From IMG/VR virus record IMGVR_UViG_3300025304_000053: a stretch of 64,000 nucleotides of DNA; one strand, 5' to 3'. Source of the DNA: a virus. The notes below the pieces were generated by a model. It had not been told where the DNA came from. It searched no databases and saw only the letters and a list, made by a program, of their open reading frames with translations. The translations under genes and the position numbers were made by a program. This document shows positions 56,016 to 63,987 of the stretch, in pieces; within the stretch, counting starts at the first letter, position 1; the number at the start of each line of letters is the position of its first letter.

Positions 56016-56725
56016 CCATTCACTACCACGGAACGCCGCTCACGCCGCGAGCCGAGCTTGAAAAGATGAGGGGCAAGCACCTTTGCGTGTCCTTCGCCAA
56101 TCCCGGCGATGCTGACTGGTGCCTAGCGAACGCTCAGTCGGTACTTTGGGATAATGGCGCTTACGTCTTCTACAGCAGCGGCAGGCCGATACTCAACTGG
56201 TCCAAGTTCTACATCTGGGTTGAGCCAAGGTTGGGTCACCCGCATTGGGCTGTGGTTCCTGACGTTATTGGCGGTGGGGTGGAAGACAACCTGGCGCTGA
56301 TCAAGCAATGGCCATTCCGTAAGGAACTTGCTGCTGTCGTTTGGCACCTAGACGAGCCAATCGAACATCTCATCGCGTTGGTGGAGATGGGCTTCGGTAA
56401 AATATGTTTCGGGTCGGCCGGGGCATATTGGCAGGTCGGCTCCGAAAGGTGGGCAAGAAGAGTAGATGAGGCATTTAACGCTCTTATCCGTCACTTCGGC
56501 CACTTGCCTTGGATTCACATGCTTCGAGGCCTAGCGGTATGCGGTGACATCTGGCCGTTCGCCAGCGCGGACAGCACGAACGTTGCCAGGAACTTCAAAA
56601 ACAAGGGCAACGAGGTTTGCCCTGAAAGAATGGCGCGGCGTATCGACGCCGTGCAGAGCCCAATCAAGTGGGTAGATAGAACCGCCAACCACCACAGAGG
56701 AGACCTATTCGATGTCGCAGCTTGA
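56012..56725 (+). CDS. Putative TGT/DpdA-like transglycosylase
   Basis: DNGAY (cf. DSG(G/A)F), VVPDVIG, HMLRG, SADST; upstream of a VUT transporter. Confidence 0.5.
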   Translation: MTIHYHGTPLTPRAELEKMRGKHLCVSFANPGDADWCLANAQSVLWDNGAYVFYSSGRPILNWSKFYIWVEPRLGHPHWAVVPDVIGGGVEDNLALIKQWPFRKELAAVVWHLDEPIEHLIALVEMGFGKICFGSAGAYWQVGSERWARRVDEAFNALIRHFGHLPWIHMLRGLAVCGDIWPFASADSTNVARNFKNKGNEVCPERMARRIDAVQSPIKWVDRTANHHRGDLFDVAA

Positions 56726-57110
56726 GAAAACAATCTATTTGTGCGGGCCGATTAACGGCTGCACCGACGAGGAATGCAAGGACTGGCGCGAGTTCGTCAA
56801 GTCCAAGTGGGAAGGCAAGACGCTCGACCCGATGCGGCGCGACTACCGCGGCAAGGAAGATGAATCAGTCAAGGAGATTGTCGAGCTCGACAAGATCGAC
56901 GTCACCGATTCCGATGTCATCCTCGTCAACTACGACAAGCCGAGTGTCGGCACATCCATGGAAATCCTCTATGCCTTCGATCGCGGCAAACTCGTCGTCG
57001 TTGTAGCCAAGGAAGGCACGCGCATTTCCCCGTGGATGCGCTATCACAGCCACAAGATCGTCGGCTCATTCGAAGCAGCTATCGAGTTCGTGCGGGATTT
57101 CTACGCATGA
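56712..57110 (+). CDS. Nucleoside 2-deoxyribosyltransferase-like protein
   Basis: IYLCGP, D..DVTDSDVILV, SVGTSMEILYA. Confidence 0.8.
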   Translation: MSQLEKTIYLCGPINGCTDEECKDWREFVKSKWEGKTLDPMRRDYRGKEDESVKEIVELDKIDVTDSDVILVNYDKPSVGTSMEILYAFDRGKLVVVVAKEGTRISPWMRYHSHKIVGSFEAAIEFVRDFYA

Positions 57111-57631
57111 AGAAGCTGGCTCTCTTGATGGCGGCTTTTGCCGCCACGGTCCCCGCCGCCAACTGGCTTATCAGCAACGTCGGCACGGTCTGCATTCCAT
57201 CTGGCCCGTGCCTCATCCCAGTCGGATTCGGTTTAACCGCTCCGTCTGGCGTGTTGCTTGTAGGTCTGGGCTTAGTCTTGCGGGACATGGTGCATGAGGC
57301 TGGCGGCGTTCGCGCATCTATGCTGGCTATCGCTATCGGCGGAGTTCTGTCGGCGCTGTTCGCGCCTCCGGCTTTGATATTGGCTTCAATCGCGGCATTC
57401 ATCCTGGCCGAGTTGGCAGACCTTTTTGTTTATGCGCCACTGCGCGAGAAGCGCTTTGGGTTGGCCGTTCTGGCGAGTGGCGCAGTCGGTGCGGTGGTCG
57501 ACAGTGCGGTATTCTTGCTGCTGGCCTTCGGGTCTCTCGCTTTCATCGAAGGACAAATTCTAGGCAAGCTCTGGATGAGCCTACTGGCCTTCGCTTTTAT
57601 CGCATACCGGCGACGCGCTTTGCTCGCCTAA
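57107..57631 (+). CDS. VUT-family (YhhQ-like) queuosine-precursor transporter
   Basis: AANWL, LRDMVHE, ASIAAF..AELAD..VY, VDS.VF..LAF, GQILGK. Confidence 0.82.
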   Translation: MKKLALLMAAFAATVPAANWLISNVGTVCIPSGPCLIPVGFGLTAPSGVLLVGLGLVLRDMVHEAGGVRASMLAIAIGGVLSALFAPPALILASIAAFILAELADLFVYAPLREKRFGLAVLASGAVGAVVDSAVFLLLAFGSLAFIEGQILGKLWMSLLAFAFIAYRRRALLA

Positions 57632-57686
57632 ACCACCACCACCCGCCGGCCACCAACCGGCGGTCACCACCACAGAGGAGACTGAA

Positions 57687-58253
57687 ATGGAAATCGTAGG
57701 CACACTTAGAAACGCGCGCCGTGTCAGCGCGAGGGAAGACATGCGTGGTCCCTGCCTTTACGGGCAGGTCTACGGCGATACGAAGGGCCGCTTCCTGGAC
57801 GGCGAGTACATCACCACCAGCACAATTATGAGCGAGGACGGGGACCTCTTCAAAACGCGCTACAGCGCCTACAAGGTCGAGCATTGGGCTGGCCAGCCGA
57901 GCAAGCCGGTTGTTGCTGCGAATGACAACTACTCCGACCTGCGCGCTGCAAACGTCGCGCGCCAGAAAGAGTGGGACGGCGACGACCAGATTGACCTGGC
58001 CTATCGCGGCAATGAACTCGCCGGCGAAGTTGGCGAGGCTTGCAACGTCATCAAGAAACTCGAGCGCGAGCGCCGTGGTATCGCAGGCTCTCGCGACACC
58101 GTCGCGCATCTGGCCGAGGAACTTGCTGACATCATCATCTGCACCGATCTGGTGGCAATGCAGGCCGGTATCGACCTGAACAAGGCGGTCGCCGCCAAGT
58201 TCAACGCCACGAGCGAGAAGGTCGGGCTTCGCACCCGCTTGGTGGCGGCATGA
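57687..58253 (+). CDS. MazG-like nucleotide pyrophosphohydrolase
   Basis: ELAGEVGE...EELAD...AKFN in C-terminal half. Confidence 0.82.
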   Translation: MEIVGTLRNARRVSAREDMRGPCLYGQVYGDTKGRFLDGEYITTSTIMSEDGDLFKTRYSAYKVEHWAGQPSKPVVAANDNYSDLRAANVARQKEWDGDDQIDLAYRGNELAGEVGEACNVIKKLERERRGIAGSRDTVAHLAEELADIIICTDLVAMQAGIDLNKAVAAKFNATSEKVGLRTRLVAA

Positions 58254-58465
58254 ACTACGGACAGGCTATTGAGGCCATGAAGGCTGGAAAGCCAGCGAGA
58301 CGCACCGCCGCCGGATACGTGCATCTCGCTCACCGCGGCACACCGCTGCAGTATCTCGAAGCCGTTGTCGCTGGCGAGGGGCGCAAGCCATACATCCCGT
58401 CGATAGACGACCAACTGGCGGAAGACTGGCAGGTGCCGCAGGCGCCCGTGAAGGAGGCTGCGTGA
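58250..58465 (+). CDS. DUF2829 / Tad2-like protein
   Basis: NYGQAIEAMKAGK..RR...PYIPS..DQLAEDW. Confidence 0.65.
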   Translation: MNYGQAIEAMKAGKPARRTAAGYVHLAHRGTPLQYLEAVVAGEGRKPYIPSIDDQLAEDWQVPQAPVKEAA

Positions 58466-59067
58466 TGTACGTGTTCAGAAACGAATCTCCTGTGCCGGTC
58501 GAACTCTCTACCACCACCTTCGGCCCGCTCGACAAGTACGTCGCCGCCAACGACAACGTGCCGCAGGATGAAAGCGGCCAGTCGGCTGGATTTGGGTTCG
58601 CCTCCATCCGCGGCGAACTGGGCAGCGGCAAGCCATACCTCTATAGCGAGGAGGAGCTTGCCGCCAAGGAAGACCCTCTGGCAGCTATCGCCAACCTGCC
58701 TGGCTTCATCTATCTCGGCTCACCTTACGCCAAGTACCATGCTGGCATGGACGAGGCCGCGCGCGTCGTCACGCAATGCGCCGGCAAGCTTATGGCTCGC
58801 GGCCTGCGGATCTACTGCCCGATTGCACACGGTCACGCCGTGACGCGCCATCAGGAACTACCGCGCACCTGGGATTACTGGAAAGACCAGGATCAGCCTT
58901 TGATCGATGCAGCCTCGGCGCTCATCGTTCTCGAAATGCGCGGTTGGTGGGATTCGGTCGGTCTCAAGTACGAGTTCGAGTCGTTCTTGGCCGCAGGCAA
59001 GCCGATTGTCTATCTCGAGCCGTATGATCTTGGCGTGTTCGAACGGGGTGTGCGGAGGTCGGCGTGA
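58462..59067 (+). CDS. DUF1937-like (nucleoside deoxyribosyltransferase-fold) protein
   Basis: YLGSPY, PIAHGH, GWWDSVG...E. Confidence 0.65.
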   Translation: MMYVFRNESPVPVELSTTTFGPLDKYVAANDNVPQDESGQSAGFGFASIRGELGSGKPYLYSEEELAAKEDPLAAIANLPGFIYLGSPYAKYHAGMDEAARVVTQCAGKLMARGLRIYCPIAHGHAVTRHQELPRTWDYWKDQDQPLIDAASALIVLEMRGWWDSVGLKYEFESFLAAGKPIVYLEPYDLGVFERGVRRSA

Positions 59068-59255
59068 GCAAGGATAATATCGACGGTACCTGCATCATTG
59101 GCTACGTGGCAATGGTGGCCGTGGCCTACGGTTTCTTTGTAAAATCCATGTTCGCGGCATTCGGCCCCAGTATAGCGCACATCATTTTCGGTATTCCTGT
59201 TGCGGCCTTCTGGCCTGTCTCCGGGCTCATTTGGCTGGGGGTATGGCTCGCATGA
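59064..59255 (+). CDS. Small membrane protein
   Basis: Two hydrophobic helices; coupled. Confidence 0.55.
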   Translation: MSKDNIDGTCIIGYVAMVAVAYGFFVKSMFAAFGPSIAHIIFGIPVAAFWPVSGLIWLGVWLA

Positions 59256-59686
59256 CCCAGTACGTCCTGCTGAAACGCGACCTCTACGAGAACCCTGGCC
59301 ACATGGGCTACACCGGCATCCGAGACAAGGCGGGCACATGGCCCGCCGAGGACTTCGCCGGCCACGGCATCCCTATCAAGGACGCATACACGCCGAAGGA
59401 GCGTGACAGCTACGCCATTCCGCTCGACGTCGCGCCGGAGTTCACCAACGAGTGCTTTCACGACCTGTCACTGGCCCACCTTCGTGGGAAGGTTGACCGG
59501 CTCCAGGAGGCGCTGACGCCGAGCGGATCGACGAAAGCAGCTTACATTGGAGAGTTCAGCTTTGATGTCGAAGACAGGGACGAGGACGGCGAGGAGTGCT
59601 CGCGCAACGTCGTTGTGCCTTGGACGACGGTGAAGGAGATAATGGCGGCCATTCGGTCGCGGGCGGAAATGAAGGAGGCGGCGTGA
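59252..59686 (+). CDS. Hypothetical protein
   Basis: ATGA coupled; ends in EAA. Confidence 0.65.
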   Translation: MTQYVLLKRDLYENPGHMGYTGIRDKAGTWPAEDFAGHGIPIKDAYTPKERDSYAIPLDVAPEFTNECFHDLSLAHLRGKVDRLQEALTPSGSTKAAYIGEFSFDVEDRDEDGEECSRNVVVPWTTVKEIMAAIRSRAEMKEAA

Positions 59687-59835
59687 TGTTGGCTTGGTGG
59701 ATGAAATTTCTTCCATACATCGTCGTCATCTGGATGGCCAAGCGAAACGCCGAACGCTTTGACTTCCTGAAACCGGGATATAGCAGCGTGGTCCCATTTA
59801 GGGACGAGGTCATCTCGTGGAGTAACGCCAAATGA
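59686..59835 (+). CDS. Small hypothetical protein
   Basis: AAGGAGG SD; coupled. Confidence 0.5.
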   Translation: MLAWWMKFLPYIVVIWMAKRNAERFDFLKPGYSSVVPFRDEVISWSNAK

Positions 59836-60110
59836 CCACCATCAAGCCCGGCGACGAGGTTGTCTGTGTCGACGACAGCACCCTTCCACTGCAATACCTC
59901 GGCATCCGTGCCGGGGAGATCTACAAAGCCCGATGGGTCGGACCGGTCACCAGCTATCTGAACGGCGACTACATCGGCGTGCGGCTGGCCGGCATTAACC
60001 GCGGCGTCTGCCCTGAATTCGGAGATGAGGATCCGCCATTTCGGGCAAGTAGGTTCCGGCCAGTCGTGAAGCCGTCGGCACCAGTGCGAGAATTGGAGGA
60101 GGCGCTATGA
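59832..60110 (+). CDS. Hypothetical protein
   Basis: IKPGDEVVCV; coupled. Confidence 0.6.
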   Translation: MTTIKPGDEVVCVDDSTLPLQYLGIRAGEIYKARWVGPVTSYLNGDYIGVRLAGINRGVCPEFGDEDPPFRASRFRPVVKPSAPVRELEEAL

Positions 60111-60439
60111 AGCTTGCGGTTATTGGCAGTCGCGGGTTCCGTGACCATCGCCTTATGCATGAACGTCTCTCAGAGATGCGGCCAACACTTGTCATAAGCG
60201 GCGGCGCTAAGGGCGCAGACCAAATGTCGGAGACGTGGGCGCGGCGAATCGGCGTGCCCACCCAGATTTTTCTGCCAGACCATAAGACGTACAAGCACGC
60301 CTTCCACCATCGCAACCGCCTAATAGCCGAAGCTTGCGATCATCTGATGGCGTTCTGGGACGGATCATCGACTGGGACCAAATACACGATTGGTTACGCT
60401 CGCCGGATCGGCAAGCCGGTAACCGTGGTGAGATATTGA
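60107..60439 (+). CDS. SLOG-superfamily (DUF2493/YspA-like) protein
   Basis: VIGSR, SGGAKGAD, RNRLI, FWDGSSTGT. Confidence 0.8.
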   Translation: MKLAVIGSRGFRDHRLMHERLSEMRPTLVISGGAKGADQMSETWARRIGVPTQIFLPDHKTYKHAFHHRNRLIAEACDHLMAFWDGSSTGTKYTIGYARRIGKPVTVVRY

Positions 60440-60450
60440 GAGGAGGCATT

Positions 60451-60669
60451 ATGACAGAGAAAAAGTGGACGAACTGGAACGGCGGCAAGTTCCTGCCGGT
60501 GCCAGAGCAATCGATCGGCGACGTGCGCCTGCGCTGCGGCAAGGTGCTGACCGGCATCAAGGCCGGCGACGTGCTGTGGGGCCGCGCCAAGCGGGAAGTC
60601 GCGGCAAACGACAATGACAGCAACGGCGGTGAGATCGTCGCGTATTGTTTCGAGGGGGAGGCGGCGTGA
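60451..60669 (+). CDS. Small WNGG-motif phage protein
   Basis: WTNWNGG...EIVAY; GGAGG SD. Confidence 0.6.
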   Translation: MTEKKWTNWNGGKFLPVPEQSIGDVRLRCGKVLTGIKAGDVLWGRAKREVAANDNDSNGGEIVAYCFEGEAA

Positions 60670-60878
60670 TGGGAGGCGGGGATCGAAAGCGCCTGCGACT
60701 GGACTACATCGGAGCCAGCATGGCCGGAGACAACCGGCACGCCTTGGCGATCATGCAGGAGCTTGGCGTGCGATGGTCATCCGCGACGCCGCAGCCTATC
60801 GCGGACTGTTGGATATTTGATGACTGCACCGACGTCCCATCAAAACTTCCTTCATATGTAGAGGAGACCACACCATGA
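60669..60878 (+). CDS. Small hypothetical protein
   Basis: Coupled ORF. Confidence 0.55.
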   Translation: MGGGDRKRLRLDYIGASMAGDNRHALAIMQELGVRWSSATPQPIADCWIFDDCTDVPSKLPSYVEETTP

Positions 60879-61558
60879 CCCTAGCATCTGAAGACTCCGG
60901 CTGCATCACCGAAGTGCCGGCCGCCAACGACAATATCCCGGCGGAGATACGTGCACTCGGCGCGGCGATCGGGAAATATCCAGAAGGCACGCCATCCTCG
61001 TCGTTCGACCTGCCGGCCAATGACAACAACCTACCGCCAATCGTCGCTTTCACAGGCCAGGCTGGCAGCGGCAAGTCGACTGCGACGCGCTATCTCGTCG
61101 AGCAGCACGGCTACACGCTGGTGAAGTTCGCAGGGCCGCTCAAGGACATGATGCGGGCGATCGGCCTTGACGAACGTCAGATTGAAGGCGACCTGAAAGA
61201 GACGCCGTGCGAATGGCTGCAAGGTCGGACTCCCCGCCACGCCATGCAGACCTTGGGCACTCAGTGGGGGAGGGACTGCATAGGGAAGGACTTCTGGATC
61301 GAGTTGTGGGTGAGGAGCGCCAACATCATCATGCACGACGGCGGCCGCGTCGTGGTCGACGACTGCCGGTTCCCGAACGAGGCAAAGGCTATCCGCGAGC
61401 TAGGCGGCGATATCTTCCGCCTTGTCGGGCGGGGGGGCATTGCCGGCAACCACGAATCGGAGCGCGGGTGTGGCGATGAGGATCTGGTCATCGCCAATAA
61501 CAACACGACGGCCGAGTTGTTCAACAAGGTTGACGATGCGTTGAGGCGGTATGGGTGA
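60875..61558 (+). CDS. Deoxynucleoside monophosphate kinase
   Basis: GQAGSGKST, FAGPLK, R.AMQTLGTQWGR, DDCRFPNE. Confidence 0.88.
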   Translation: MTLASEDSGCITEVPAANDNIPAEIRALGAAIGKYPEGTPSSSFDLPANDNNLPPIVAFTGQAGSGKSTATRYLVEQHGYTLVKFAGPLKDMMRAIGLDERQIEGDLKETPCEWLQGRTPRHAMQTLGTQWGRDCIGKDFWIELWVRSANIIMHDGGRVVVDDCRFPNEAKAIRELGGDIFRLVGRGGIAGNHESERGCGDEDLVIANNNTTAELFNKVDDALRRYG

Positions 61559-61790
61559 GATTCCGAATGATGTTATGAAGGCCGCAGAGGCTGAGTACGA
61601 TAGCAGCGATATGCACCTTGGCCCAAACCAAACGAGGGCAGCTATTAAGGCTCTTGCCAACGCCATCCTCGCAGAGCGACAGCGTTGCGCGGATGTGGCG
61701 CAGAAGGAAGGTGACGGCTACAAGGAGGCCGGGCTGCCACAATCAGCGATGGGGGCGTACACCACCCGCCGGGCAATCTTAGGCATATAA
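61551..61790 (+). CDS. Small hypothetical protein
   Basis: Coupled; AILAERQRCA. Confidence 0.6.
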   Translation: MGEIPNDVMKAAEAEYDSSDMHLGPNQTRAAIKALANAILAERQRCADVAQKEGDGYKEAGLPQSAMGAYTTRRAILGI

Positions 61791-61806
61791 CGTTCTCACC
61801 CACCAC

Positions 61807-61838
61807 AACCCGCCAGTCACACGGCGGGTTTTTCTTTC
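61807..61838 (+). terminator. Terminator of right accessory operon
   Basis: AACCCGCC/GGCGGGTT stem + TTTCTTT. Confidence 0.8.
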
Positions 61839-62113
61839 ATCGACCCGCCCAATACCGACCGATACGGGCGGCCGCCGCATGCGCCGGAGATCCAGACATT
61901 ATAGATCTCTCGCCCCATCGCGGTCCTGCTTCTAGACAAAATGACAGCCGATGTGCCGCCGAAATAGACTGCCTGGCCTATTCTGAATTTCCAAGTCGCA
62001 ATATATATTCGTCTTCGACACTGCGGATCATCCGCAACGATAGGCGTATTCATTACGCCACCTCCCCGAAAATCATGATTATTTTCGCCCGTCCTGGTCA
62101 AGATGGGCGTCAT
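61817..62113 (-). CDS. Small hypothetical protein
   Basis: ORF downstream of an AT-rich region; start uncertain (possibly the internal MNTPIV). Confidence 0.45.
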   Translation of the reverse strand: MTPILTRTGENNHDFRGGGVMNTPIVADDPQCRRRIYIATWKFRIGQAVYFGGTSAVILSRSRTAMGREIYNVWISGACGGRPYRSVLGGSMKEKPAV

Positions 62114-62228
62114 ATTTGAATTTCACAATATACTAATATTGAGTCGGGATAAATTGGCATATATCGTTTGATATAATCAGATAGGATCGGGGAGTTTCTC
62201 GACATGGCTGCTGTTTTCATCCTCGCAC

Positions 62229-62460
62229 TTGGCTGACGGCGCCAAAGCCGGGAGTTGATAACACGCCGTTTAGACATGCCGCAGCGCCTTTAGCGCACCC
62301 TTGCGGGTCAGCCTGGACATAACGCAACGCTCCCGGCCGTAATGGCCAAGGCGAGCGCTAGCCGCTAAGCAGCGCACAGTTTCAGCACGCACTCTTGTGC
62401 GCACCTATAAACGGTCAGGGTTATCAAGCCCGTAACGGTTATACGGGTGTGGCGTGCGGA
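62229..62460. ncRNA. Candidate structured RNA element (strand unknown)
   Basis: Long-range stems 62255-62262/62420-62427 and 62266-62272/62408-62414 enclosing five short hairpins. Confidence 0.35.
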
Positions 62461-62479
62461 TGGGAATATATGATTTTTC

Positions 62480-63877
62480 TTATGTGTTTTCTTGCCGAAT
62501 CCAGTCGATATCGAACTTGATAGTCTCCAGAAACTCCTGCCGCCGCTTCATTTCTGCGCCGTCACCGTAGGTGGGCCGGCCGAACTCGTGCCCCATAAGG
62601 TCGGCCTGCATGCGGTCGGAGGCGTCGGCGTTCTCAATTCGATCTTGGAAGGTGTGGCGTAACGAATAGACCGTGTGCCTCTCGGTAGGGCGCAGGCCGT
62701 TCTTCTCCATGATTTTGTTGATGATGGCCGAAGCCGAGTCGGCCTTGTCTGCATATCGCGGAAAGCCGTTCGGGTGCTGTTTGGCGGCCCACAGCGCCAC
62801 GCCTACGAGCGGGATGCGGCGAATGGAGTAATCTGTCTTCTGGCGCCTGTCGGTGCGCTCAGCGACCTCGACATGCGGCACGGCGTCATCTAGCCGAATA
62901 TCCTGCCGGCGGAGGTTGCACACTTCGCCAAGCCGCATGCCTGTCTCGGACATGATATAGACGATGTGCCTGGCATCCTCGTTGAGGTTGTCCATCGCGC
63001 CAGCCTTGAGTATGTTGTCGCGCACCCACGCTGCGGGGAACGGCATGCGCTTGTCGAGCTTGGTGGCGTTGGTCTCCTTCAGACGAACCTTGTCCCACGC
63101 CGTGCGGTATTCGGTGTGCAGCGCGTCGTCTATGACGGTAAGCATGCCCTTTATGTCGCTGAAGCTTCGATTCGCGCTGTATGCCTTGAGGCTTTCCTTC
63201 TTCTTGCCGCCGGTCGTCTCTGCGCCTTTGGCGATTTTTTCGATCCACCAGTCGCGGAACCGGAGCACGTCGTTGCGCGTAACATCTGCCCATCGTGCAT
63301 CGCCAAGCAGGTCTTTCAGGTAGCTTATGGCTCGCTGGCGGGAAACCTTGTGCTTTGATATCTGCCGCGGTGACATGCCGGTGAGGCCGGCCTTGTTGTA
63401 TTTTTCGTAAAGCTCCCAGGTGTTGCTGATGCGCGGATCCGGTTCAGGCGCGAGCCCTAGGACGCCTGCCGGAATGGCGACGCTTGTCTCGAGATGTTGT
63501 GAGGCAACGGCGGCGCGCTCCCTGAACTCGTCTAGCGGCGTCATCGCCACCTCCTCCACCGGTCGATAGGTGAACCCCAAGGACTGCGCGGCCTTCACGG
63601 CTCGCTCATATTGCTCGATCGTCGATGCGTTGTCGTTGCTGCTGGCGATCGCCACCCAAAGCGCGGTGGTAGCCTTGTGGATTGCCTCGGCGCGCTCCAA
63701 GGCCTCTTTGTGGCTTTTCGTCTTTAAGCTCTTTTTGACATGGGGCGCACCGCCAGTCTTGGCATGAACCTCCAACGGGATGCGCCGGTAATATCGATAG
63801 ACGCCGCTTGGCTGCTTCTGAACGTATTTCGACAGATCGTCCACCGTATCCTCCTGTGTATCCAAATATGTAGCCAA
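62480..63877 (-). CDS. int: Tyrosine integrase
   Basis: GMRLGE (R), YSLRH (HxxR variant), MGH...TYG (H/W-Y); N-terminal arm-binding-like region. Confidence 0.93.
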   Translation of the reverse strand: MATYLDTQEDTVDDLSKYVQKQPSGVYRYYRRIPLEVHAKTGGAPHVKKSLKTKSHKEALERAEAIHKATTALWVAIASSNDNASTIEQYERAVKAAQSLGFTYRPVEEVAMTPLDEFRERAAVASQHLETSVAIPAGVLGLAPEPDPRISNTWELYEKYNKAGLTGMSPRQISKHKVSRQRAISYLKDLLGDARWADVTRNDVLRFRDWWIEKIAKGAETTGGKKKESLKAYSANRSFSDIKGMLTVIDDALHTEYRTAWDKVRLKETNATKLDKRMPFPAAWVRDNILKAGAMDNLNEDARHIVYIMSETGMRLGEVCNLRRQDIRLDDAVPHVEVAERTDRRQKTDYSIRRIPLVGVALWAAKQHPNGFPRYADKADSASAIINKIMEKNGLRPTERHTVYSLRHTFQDRIENADASDRMQADLMGHEFGRPTYGDGAEMKRRQEFLETIKFDIDWIRQENT

Positions 63878-63949
63878 TAAAGTAGACTACAAATGGGAGC
63901 CAAGCAATAGGCGTAAGAACAAAATCGTTGAAAGCATTGATTAAAAAGA

Positions 63950-63981
63950 AAAACCCACGTTGCGCTAACAACGTGGGTTTT
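63950..63981 (-). terminator. Terminator downstream of tRNA (13-bp perfect stem)
   Basis: AAAACCCACGTTG-CGCTAA-CAACGTGGGTTTT; T-rich tail on the minus strand. Confidence 0.75.
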
Positions 63982-63987
63982 AATAAC

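Noticed and set aside
2976-61030. ANDN-encoding segments as a DNA repeat or mini-transposon
   Set aside because: Third codon positions vary freely and flanks are unrelated, so conservation is at the peptide level
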